Shown piece after piece: positions 9,447 to 17,629 of a DNA stretch of 64,000 nt. The stretch is taken from positions 192,001-256,000 of the forward strand of contig CAXXWX010000006.1 of the NCBI GenBank assembly GCA_963675745.2, given 5' to 3'. Every line of letters starts with the position of its first letter. The stretch's first letter is position 1. The DNA is from Phycisphaerae bacterium. GTDB lineage: Bacteria > Planctomycetota > Phycisphaerae > UBA1845 > Fen-1342. Position numbers and translations under genes: made by a program. Under the pieces are notes generated by a model, which was not told the origin of the DNA, ran no database searches, and worked only from the letters and a program-made list of their open reading frames with translations.

Positions 9447-10908
9447 ATGCGGGACGATCCCAAACGAGCCTTGCCGCTGATATTCGAACAGAGCCGCGCC
9501 GGGTTGTGCGCGGTCAGCCTGCCGGGGTGCGATGTGCCGGCGTGCGACCTGGAGACCGCCATCCCCGCCGAACTGCGTTGCGAGCAGCCGCCGGCGCTGC
9601 CGGAAGTCGGCGAATTGGACGTCGTTCGGCATTTCACGCGGCTCAATCAACGCGCATTCAGCGTCGATACCAATTTCTACCCGCTCGGCTCGTGCACCAT
9701 GAAGTACAACCCGAAGATCAACGAGCGGGCGGCGGCATTACCCGGCCTGGTCAACCTGCACCCCTACCAGGACGACGCCGATGTGCAGGGCATGCTCGAG
9801 TTGCTATATCGCACCCGCGCTATGCTCGAACAGATCACCGGGTTTCATGAGGCGTCACTGCAACCCGCGGCAGGAGCCCATGGCGAGCTCACCAGCCTGT
9901 TTGTCATCAACGCCTTTCACCGAGACCACGGCGGGCCCCGATCCAAGGTGCTCACGCCCGACTCGGCTCATGGCACCAACCCGGCTTCATGCGCCGTCTG
10001 CGGTCGCCAGGCGGTGCCGGTCAAATCGATGGCGGATGGCTCGGTTGATCTGAACGACTTGCGCGCGCTGGTTGATGAAGATACCGCCGCCATGATGCTG
10101 ACGTTTCCCAACACGGTCGGCAAGTTTGAGCGTCACATCGCGGAGATCGCCGAGATTCTCCATGCGAAGGGCGCGCTGCTCTACGTTGACGGCGCGAATC
10201 TCAACGCGATCTGCGGTATTACGCGCCCGGCTGATCTGGGCGCCGACATCATGCACTTTAACACGCACAAGACCTTCAGCACGCCGCACGGCGGCGGCGG
10301 TCCGGGGGCGGGCCCCATCGCCTGCGTGATGAAGCTATCGCCCTACCTGCCCGTACCGCAGGTGATGAAGCGCGATGATGGCAGCTTCTATTGGAACGCC
10401 GATCGCCCGCGCTCGATCGGGAAAGTGCGCTCATTCTATGGCCAGATCGGCGTGCTGGTGCGGGCCTATACGTTCTTGCGCGCGCTTGGAAACAGCGGGT
10501 TGCGCGCCGCCAGCGAGACCGCCGTGCTCGCGGCGAATTACCTCGCCGCCAGGCTCAAAGACCACTACACCCTGCCTTACGGCGGTCCGTATGGCCACGA
10601 GTTCATTCTGCTGCCCGAAATGGAAAAACAGGGCATCAGCGAACTCGACGTGGCCAAGCGTCTGATTGACTATCGGTTTTCACCCGCCGACGATGAGTTG
10701 GCCGGTGCCGCACTGTCTGATGATCGAGCCGACCGAGACCGAGTCGAAGCAGACGCTTGATGACTTCGCCGACGCGATGATCCAGATAAAGCGCGAGGCG
10801 CTCGAGGAGCCGGACAAGGTCAAGCGCGCGCCGCACAACGCGCCGGTCCGCCGTCTCGATGAGGTCGCCGCCGCCCGCAAGCCGATTCTGCGCTGGCAGG
10901 CTGAGTGA
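9447..10908 (+). CDS. gcvPB: Glycine dehydrogenase subunit 2, with a 1-nt frameshift near 10674
   Basis: [12 protein letters not shown] and [14 protein letters not shown] in 9447..10760. The conserved tail [10 protein letters not shown]...[10 protein letters not shown] lies in another frame (10666..10908); the junction reads gac tat C ggt ttt cac. Confidence 0.9.
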
Positions 10909-10947
10909 ATTCGCGCGGGTCAGCCGACGATGCGCTGACACAACCGC

Positions 10948-12133
10948 TTACCACACCCCCGGGATCTTCGTGCCGCACTTCGGGCAGTGGCCGGCTTTCA
11001 TGTTGTTGGCCGCCACGCGGAAGCCGATGCGGCGGATTAGGTCGTGGCCGCAGCCGTGGCAATACGTGTTCTCGCCGGGGTGCATCGGCACGTTCCCCGC
11101 ATATACGTAGCGCACACCGGCGTCCAGCGCGATCTGGCGGCAACGCTCAATCGTCTTGACCGGCGTGCTGGGCAGGTTGGTTACCCGGTAAGTCGGGTGA
11201 AACCGTGTGAAGTGCATCGGTACGTCCGGCCCGAGATGTGCGACGACCCACTCGCTCATTTCCCTGATCTCGGCGGCCGAGTCGTTCAGCGTCGGGATGA
11301 TCAGCACCACCATCTCAAACCAGATGCCGATGTCCTTCAGTGTCTCCAGCGTCGCCAGCACCGGTTTGAGCTCGCCATCGCACGAGTCGGCGTAGAACTT
11401 CTGCGTGAACGCCTTGAAGTCGATCTTCACCGCCGATAAGTGGTGGCAGAGTTGACGCAGCGGGGCTTCCTGGATGTAGCCGTTTGAGATCATCACGCTG
11501 CCAATGCCCGACTCGCGCGCCAGCTTGGCCGTGTCGTGCATGTATTCGTAGAAGATGACCGGTTCGGAGTAGGTATATGCGATCGTCGGACATCCACTGG
11601 ATTGGCAAGCGGCGACCAGGCGAGCGGGGGTTACCGGCGTGCTCTCCACCTGCTCCGGGCGGAACTGGCTGATCCGCCAGTTCTGGCAGAACTTGCACTC
11701 CATGTTGCAGCCCGCCGTCGCTATCGAAAACGCCTTTGTCCCTGGACGGAAGTGAAAGAGCGGTTTCTTCTCGATCGGATCCACGTTCGCCGAGCAGAGC
11801 GCGCCATAGACCAGCGTCTGGTACTCGCCGCGCACATTCTCGCGCACGCCGCAATAGCCGCGCTCGAGTTCCGCGACGTGGCACTCCCGCGGGCACAGCA
11901 CGCACTTGATTTCGTCAGTCGCCGTGTTGTTCCCAGAACATCGCCCGGCGGCGCACGACGCCTTTCAGTAGCGGCCCCGAAAGAGCGCCGGTGCCGGCCG
12001 TATCCTGTGCAAACACGCAGCCGGCACCCAACGCGCATGCACCGCCAGCAAGCCCCCAGCGCAGCAGTTCGCGGCGCGATGGCTGTGAGAAGACGTCGTC
12101 GAGGTTGTCCACGTCAGACCTCGATACGTTCAA
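10948..12133 (-). CDS. amrS: AmmeMemoRadiSam system radical SAM enzyme with Tat-like leader; 1-nt frameshift near 11917
   Basis: CVLCPRECH...GYCGVR, VDPIEKKPLFHF, GCNMECKFCQNW (CxxxCxxC), IAYTYSEP. Upstream ORF 11915..12133 (SRRELLRW...AMFWEQHGD) joins it if one base is removed (ggc gac T gac gaa atc aag tgc). Confidence 0.88.
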
Positions 12134-13118
12134 TCCTCTTCAAGTCACTGACGCCCAGGCCCTGCGCCCCCGCCGTGGCAATGTACGTCGGCGGGCGGCC
12201 GGCATCGGCGAGGGACTCCATGCCCTGTGCGGCGCGGTGTTTTTCGAGGTAGTCGACACCGACAGCATCCAGCGCCACGAAGTCGGTGCTGGTGATCATC
12301 CCGCCGAATCGCCAATCGTAGGCGCGTTTCCTCATCGGCCCGCCTTCGTACTGCCCGAGCGTTCCATCACAGACGGTCAAGCGCCACTTGTCGCGAATGA
12401 ACGGGTGCCTGACGATGTCGGCGATGTATGGATCGCAACGGTTGCCGTGATACTTATTGGGGTTGTGGATCGCGCCGTAGAAGTTCTTCATGCCCAGCGA
12501 GGCCCCGGCAATGCCATGGTCCTTGAGCACGGGGGCCGAAATGAGCGCGTCGATGCGCTCGGCCAGAATTTTCGAGAAACAGGAGCCGATCTTGCCGCTG
12601 GTTTGCACGTCGCGCTGATAGCCTCCGCCCAGCCGGCTGGCGTCGGTTCCGCGACACTGCACGCCCTTGCCTGACTTGTTGAGCTTGAATCCCGCGCGTT
12701 CCAGCTCGGAATCGAAACGGTCCCAGATGACAATGTTCTCCGCGGGGACATCCGCCTGCCGCAAGCCGGCGACGATGGCATCCACGACCGCCGGCTGTGT
12801 TGTGCGGCCGAGGCAATTGACCTTGATACCAATGCGTTCGGTCGGCTTGAAGAGCTTGCGCCACGCGCTGGCGGCATCCGCGGACTTGGTCAGCTTCTGC
12901 ATCGACGCATCCAGCATCTTGCACAGCAGATCCGCGTGCTCGCTTATCTCCCCTTTCAGCAGGGCGTCGTCGCGGGCGATCGCGACCAGCGCGCCCGGCG
13001 CCGCGGCACCCTCCTCCGCCCAGACTTGCTCGAATGGCACCGCGGCCCCGGCGACCACCGCCCCTACTTGTGCGAGAAACTGCCGTCGACTCGTGAGATC
13101 TGGCCCATGCATCAGCAT
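12114..13118 (-). CDS. DUF362 domain protein with Tat signal
   Basis: SRRQFL twin-arginine leader; IGIKVN, PVLKDHG...SLGMKNFYG and DFVALD motifs. Confidence 0.82.
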   Translation of the reverse strand: MLMHGPDLTSRRQFLAQVGAVVAGAAVPFEQVWAEEGAAAPGALVAIARDDALLKGEISEHADLLCKMLDASMQKLTKSADAASAWRKLFKPTERIGIKVNCLGRTTQPAVVDAIVAGLRQADVPAENIVIWDRFDSELERAGFKLNKSGKGVQCRGTDASRLGGGYQRDVQTSGKIGSCFSKILAERIDALISAPVLKDHGIAGASLGMKNFYGAIHNPNKYHGNRCDPYIADIVRHPFIRDKWRLTVCDGTLGQYEGGPMRKRAYDWRFGGMITSTDFVALDAVGVDYLEKHRAAQGMESLADAGRPPTYIATAGAQGLGVSDLKRIERIEV

Positions 13119-13160
13119 TCCGCCTTTCTGCCGATTGCGACACTGCCGCGACCGGCGGGT

Positions 13161-14690
13161 CTAATCACACCCCGGCTCGCCGAAAACTTCCGCTTCAAAC
13201 GAATATATCTCCGTGTCGCGTTGCTTCCAAGCATCATTTGGCAAACCTGCCTTGCGGCAGGTCTGCGCGAGGAACTCTTCCCGTCGCCAGCCCCGCTCAT
13301 AGGCCACCTGGGGCAGCAAAACGCCGCGCCGTCCGCCGCGCGCTATCAGCAATCCGTGCTGACCAATGATGATGTCCCCCGTGGACTTCATGCGTTGCAT
13401 CGGCGTCAGGTAGCTGATTTCAATGTCCAGATCGTCAAGCTCGCCGGCCGTGACCGGATTGTGTACAAAGCGGCGATCGCGACACGCCGCCACCGCGTTG
13501 CTGATTACAGCCTCGTACAGCGGCCCCGTGGCCAGCATGTTGCCGATACACCCCCGCAGCTCGCCGTGGTTTTGCAGCGTCACAAAACACGCGCCGTCGC
13601 CGCGCAGCTTGGCGGGCAAGTCGGCGGCGCTCGCCGCGGGCACTTCCTGGCTTTGCAGATAGGCCTTCACCGTGGCACGGGCCATCTTCAGCAACCTGTC
13701 GCGCTCGTCGGCCGCCAGCGTGCCTTGCCGCGGCGTGAAAACGAACGACTGGTAGGTGACGCTGTTGGTCCAATCACCGGTGATCTGGCCGGATGTGTCA
13801 AAAGCCGCGCGCGTTGCCCGGGCACCGCCGCGCATCGACAGCACACGCAGCAGGAGTCGTACGGCACCGCGCCCGCAAATTGTATCGCTTGTCTTGTCGA
13901 GGTGGGCGGCGAAACCGTCGTAGTCGCAGCGCTCAATCGCTGTGGCGGCTTTGTCCGCCAGGTCGCGCAGGCGCGTCGGCACATCCTCGCTGAATGGCTG
14001 GTAACCGTAGTTAGGCCCGAAGTGAGTGAAGTCAGTGCTGGCGACCAGCAGCGTCTCGTCATCAATCAGCGGGAGCAGGGCGTGTGCCGCTCGCGCGCAG
14101 TCATCGTCAGACATCCGCCCGACCAGGAGCGGCACCAGCGAGAAACTGCCCAGCGCGCGCTGCAGGAAGGGCAATTGCAGTTCGAGCGAGTGTTCGCGCG
14201 CGCCGACGCCGGTGTGTGCGCCGTATAGCTCCGAAGTCCGCAGCGCCGCAAATGCTTCGCGGTCGAGGGCAACGTCTCCCAGCGGCGTCGCATAGGCGGA
14301 CAAGTCGTCCGGCACATCCACGCCCTTGTACGAGCCCGCGTAACGATGATCCAACGCCAGCACGATCACGCGCTTGTAGGTGTGCCCACGCAGAGCGGCG
14401 TAGGCCGCCGCCGCCACCGGTGCGCTGAACCGGTAGCCCGCGTGCGGGCTGATCAGCGCGACGGGTTTGCCTGTTGTTTTGGGGGGGCCGTGCTTATCGA
14501 GCAGGCCGTCAATCTGCTTCGTGAGCTCAGCCGGGTCAGCCGGGTACCAGGTCCCGGCAAAACCTGCCGGTCGGACCTTCGCCTCATCTTTGGCACAGGC
14601 GTGCCCGATCGAGGCAACACCTGCGGCCGCCAGCAGAACAAAGACAGCGCTAATTCGTGCCGCGGGCATGGGATACGCCTCCATCACCAT
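13161..14690 (-). CDS. amrB: AmmeMemoRadiSam protein B (Memo-like) fused to protein A (AMMECR1), with signal peptide
   Basis: Memo domain: VRPAGFAGTWYP, ISPHAGYRFS, EHSLELQLPFL, ASTDFTHFG, TICG. AMMECR1 domain: GACFVTL...LRGCIG...GVLLPQVA. Hydrophobic N-terminal leader. Confidence 0.92.
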   Translation of the reverse strand: MVMEAYPMPAARISAVFVLLAAAGVASIGHACAKDEAKVRPAGFAGTWYPADPAELTKQIDGLLDKHGPPKTTGKPVALISPHAGYRFSAPVAAAAYAALRGHTYKRVIVLALDHRYAGSYKGVDVPDDLSAYATPLGDVALDREAFAALRTSELYGAHTGVGAREHSLELQLPFLQRALGSFSLVPLLVGRMSDDDCARAAHALLPLIDDETLLVASTDFTHFGPNYGYQPFSEDVPTRLRDLADKAATAIERCDYDGFAAHLDKTSDTICGRGAVRLLLRVLSMRGGARATRAAFDTSGQITGDWTNSVTYQSFVFTPRQGTLAADERDRLLKMARATVKAYLQSQEVPAASAADLPAKLRGDGACFVTLQNHGELRGCIGNMLATGPLYEAVISNAVAACRDRRFVHNPVTAGELDDLDIEISYLTPMQRMKSTGDIIIGQHGLLIARGGRRGVLLPQVAYERGWRREEFLAQTCRKAGLPNDAWKQRDTEIYSFEAEVFGEPGCD

Positions 14691-14752
14691 TCACTGATGG
14701 ATTGTACCGCGAGGTCTCCCGGAGCGCCGGTCCGCGCCGTGCGACCTGCCTG

Positions 14753-15709
14753 CTAAGGTGTCGATGGCTCGGCGGGGCGCTCATTCTCCGCCGGCGCGGC
14801 CTCGCGACTGATCATCGGCAGCAAGGATTTGCAGATACTGACAACCTTGTCATCAACATCCAGGAACCGGTCAAAACCGAGTGGCTTGAGCGTGTCGGGG
14901 TGTTGCGTATGTACCGTCTGGAGGAATATGGCGGCCTTCACAGCTATCTGGCTGTCCAGCGCGGGCGAAGCCAGCACCAGCAAGTCCGGAACGGCTTCCG
15001 TGCGCGCTAGTGTCGCCAGCTTTCGTTGACAGGGCGCATCTGGTCGCTCGTCGGACAGCGGGTAGTGCAGCCAATCAGTCATGTCGACGAAAGCCGCGTC
15101 GACCGTCCCATCGAGCACCAGCTTGGCCCGACGTTGTGCATCGCCCACATGACGCCAAAGCGGCAGATCGAGCAATTCATAGCCGGCCAGGTCGGATTTC
15201 TGTAGTCCGTTGGCCGCTAGCAACGCCAGGGCGGCGTAATGGCACCGTGAATCGTAGGACGTGCCAAAAGCAACGCGCTTGCCACGCAGGTCATCGATCG
15301 ACTTGATCTCGCCGTCAGCCCGCACGATCAACAGTGCCGGATACACCGCGGGTTTGCCGCATTTCGCCGGCATCGCCAGGACACTTACGTTGTCCACGCC
15401 CTTCAGTTGGGCGAATTGGGCCGGCGTCGCAACGGCCAGCTTGTACCATCCGCTATCAAGTTGCGCCACCGCCTGAAACGTGAAACATGGCTCCAGGCGC
15501 ACGGGGCGCCCGATATCGTCGCTCAACTTGGCTAACAACGGATCGTAGGGTGAGAACGGGTTTATCAGGTTCACCGCGTCGTCGGTTACCAGCGCCATAC
15601 GCAGGGGCTGGCCGAGCCCGAACAGGTTGATGAACGTCCGACACCCGGTGCCGGCCGCGATAGTTGCGGCCATCAGCGATAAAGCAATCGTTATCCGGAT
15701 TCCTCGCAT
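14753..15709 (-). CDS. PhnD/phosphonate-binding-like periplasmic binding lipoprotein (orphan)
   Basis: Lipobox-like AGTGC; LLIVRADGEIKSIDDLRGKRVAFG and VLDGTVDAAFV; no ABC ATPase or permease nearby. Confidence 0.72.
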   Translation of the reverse strand: MRGIRITIALSLMAATIAAGTGCRTFINLFGLGQPLRMALVTDDAVNLINPFSPYDPLLAKLSDDIGRPVRLEPCFTFQAVAQLDSGWYKLAVATPAQFAQLKGVDNVSVLAMPAKCGKPAVYPALLIVRADGEIKSIDDLRGKRVAFGTSYDSRCHYAALALLAANGLQKSDLAGYELLDLPLWRHVGDAQRRAKLVLDGTVDAAFVDMTDWLHYPLSDERPDAPCQRKLATLARTEAVPDLLVLASPALDSQIAVKAAIFLQTVHTQHPDTLKPLGFDRFLDVDDKVVSICKSLLPMISREAAPAENERPAEPSTP

Positions 15710-15743
15710 GGTAAACTCCTCGTGACTACTCCGTTGTCAGCGG

Positions 15744-16712
15744 TCAGGATTCCATGTCAACCAGCACATCTCGATCAAATACCGGTCCTTCGGTACACGA
15801 TAAGGCCCAGCGCCAGCCTTGCGGCGCGCCGGCGTCGTGCGCACGCACAACGCAGGACAGGCACGTCCCCATCCCGCAGCCCATCATCCGCTCGATACAC
15901 AATTGACAGTCCATGTCAAATGCGCGCGTCATCCGCGCGACGCCGCGCAACATCGCCTCGGGGCCGCAAGCATACACGATCGGGCGTCGTGCGGTCCCGG
16001 CGAGCTGCTCCCGCCAGCACGACAGTCCATCCGTTACGCGGCCGCACAACCCCAGCGAGCCATCGTCAGTGGTTAGAATGGTACCGTATCTGCCGCCGTT
16101 CGGAAAACGCACGCACGATGTCGGCGTGGTCGGATCCGTGGGATTGTCAATGACCCGCACCGGCATCAGAGCGCCCGTGGTCGCGCCAAACACAGCGGTC
16201 ACATCGCGCCTGCCCGCCTCGCACAATGTGCGCGCGAGGTAAAGCAGTGGCGGGATGCCGACACCGCCGCCCACCAGCGCGATTGGCCGTTCAATATTCG
16301 TAACAGCAAAGCCGTTACCGAACGGACCGCTGACGTTTACCACATCTCCCGCGCATCGAGTGGCCAACCAATGTGTCCCTGGACCGACCGTTCGCAGTAT
16401 GACAACCAGGTGTACTCGGCTGTCGTCGCCGGTCCAGCGGTCTGCGATGCTGAGCGGTCGCCGCAACAGCACTTCCCCGCCACACTTCGTGTTGTCGCTC
16501 AGCCCAGGCAGTGTGCCGTCACGCCACTCGCATGTGGCTGTCGGCGTAGCGGCGCCCTCGCCGCAGCGCACTTGAAGAAACTGCCCGGGCCGCGACTCGG
16601 GAAACTCGTCGGCGAGCAGTTCGAGCGCGACGTGCGCTTTGCACAGCGGCGTGTTGCGCAGCACCCGGGTGTCGATCGCGCAGGCGGTCGTGGTCTGCGT
16701 GTTGCCGGTCAT
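15744..16712 (-). CDS. pyrK: Dihydroorotate dehydrogenase electron transfer subunit (FAD/2Fe-2S)
   Basis: PGQFLQV, LRRPLSI, VGGGVGIPPL, YACGP and ERMMGCGMGTCLSC...CTEGPVF motifs. Confidence 0.85.
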   Translation of the reverse strand: MTGNTQTTTACAIDTRVLRNTPLCKAHVALELLADEFPESRPGQFLQVRCGEGAATPTATCEWRDGTLPGLSDNTKCGGEVLLRRPLSIADRWTGDDSRVHLVVILRTVGPGTHWLATRCAGDVVNVSGPFGNGFAVTNIERPIALVGGGVGIPPLLYLARTLCEAGRRDVTAVFGATTGALMPVRVIDNPTDPTTPTSCVRFPNGGRYGTILTTDDGSLGLCGRVTDGLSCWREQLAGTARRPIVYACGPEAMLRGVARMTRAFDMDCQLCIERMMGCGMGTCLSCVVRAHDAGAPQGWRWALSCTEGPVFDRDVLVDMES

Positions 16713-16815
16713 CGGCCTGGTCGCTCCGGAGAGGCCACTGCGCTATTGTTTCACGCGCGTGCCATGCCTTATAAACTCCGTCGCGCGACAGTAAAGCTCA
16801 CCGCGTACGCGCTGC

Positions 16816-16858
16816 AAAAAAAACTTCCGGGACCAAGCCTGATGGTTGGTCCCGGAAG
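16816..16858 (-). terminator. Rho-independent terminator
   Basis: Minus strand: cttccgggaccaa-ccatcaggc-ttggtcccggaag followed by 8 T. Confidence 0.85.
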
Positions 16859-16923
16859 CGCGCCACGGCTAGAACAGCCGCAAATTCCGTTCTTCTCTCC
16901 TGGTCGAGCCGGTCGCCCGACCA
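16816..16923 (-). ncRNA. Candidate ~108-nt small RNA or attenuator leader
   Basis: Bounded by a sigma70-like promoter and a strong terminator; starts with a 5' hairpin (16901-16923); no convincing ORF. Confidence 0.5.
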
Positions 16924-16928
16924 CCTGG

Positions 16929-16957
16929 AATATACTCGATCGGTCAACGGGTGTCCA
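16929..16957 (-). promoter_or_regulatory. Sigma70-like promoter TGGACA-N17-TATATT
   Basis: -35 at 16957-16952, -10 at 16934-16929, exact 17-nt spacer. Confidence 0.55.
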
Positions 16958-17184
16958 CTTGCCGACTGTTTTTTACGCGGAGCGCAGTCAGTTGTGTAAT
17001 GTGTTGCAAATAAAATACTTACGCGCCGCGACATTCCCTCTAGAGGTTGTGAATACCCAGCCGGCAGCCGGGCGCGCAACCGCGCACGAAATTGGTCAAA
17101 AAACCCAAGTCGTGACCTGTCAGCAGGTTGTGAAAGCGTCAAACCTGGCTTGTGTCCCGGCGACGGTCCGCCACAATCACCGAC

Positions 17185-17592
17185 ATGGACCAAAAGCCGG
17201 TCAACGTTGCGCTTGCCCTTGTCCACTGTGATGATCGTTGGTTGGTTGCCCGCAGAAAACCGCGGGCGCATCTGGGCTCGCTTTGGGAGTTTCCTGGTGG
17301 GAAGGTCCAGGCCGGCGAGCACCCACGCGACGCCGCGGCGCGTGAGTTGCGCGAAGAGTGCGGCGTGGAGGCAACGCCGGAGCGTCTGCTACGTGCTGTC
17401 CGCTGGCGTTACCCCGATCGCTGCGTGTTGCTGATACCGGTTGTCTGCCGCTGGGTGCGCGGCGCGGGCCGGGCGCTGGAGAGCGATGAGTGCCGTTGGG
17501 TCTCTGCCGCGGAGCTGGCGCAACTGAACATGCCGGCCGCGAACGACGGCATCATCGCGCAATTGGCCGCACAGGAATCGCAATTGCACTAA
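17185..17592 (+). CDS. NUDIX hydrolase, MutT-like
   Basis: Nudix box WEFPGGKVQAGEHPRDAAARELREECG; C-terminal MPAAN. Confidence 0.9.
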   Translation: MDQKPVNVALALVHCDDRWLVARRKPRAHLGSLWEFPGGKVQAGEHPRDAAARELREECGVEATPERLLRAVRWRYPDRCVLLIPVVCRWVRGAGRALESDECRWVSAAELAQLNMPAANDGIIAQLAAQESQLH

Positions 17593-17629
17593 GTGATATC
17601 CAGGAGTGATTCACCACACGGGAGACACC

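Noticed and set aside
11915..11917. TGA in amrS read as selenocysteine
   Set aside because: Read-through in that frame gives RNQVRAVP, not the conserved KCVLCPREC; a frame change is required.
16880..16905. PyrR-binding loop in the pyrK upstream RNA
   Set aside because: CCAGGAGAGAAG only loosely resembles ARUCCNGNGAGGYU and the 5' UUUAA element is missing, so it is not assigned.
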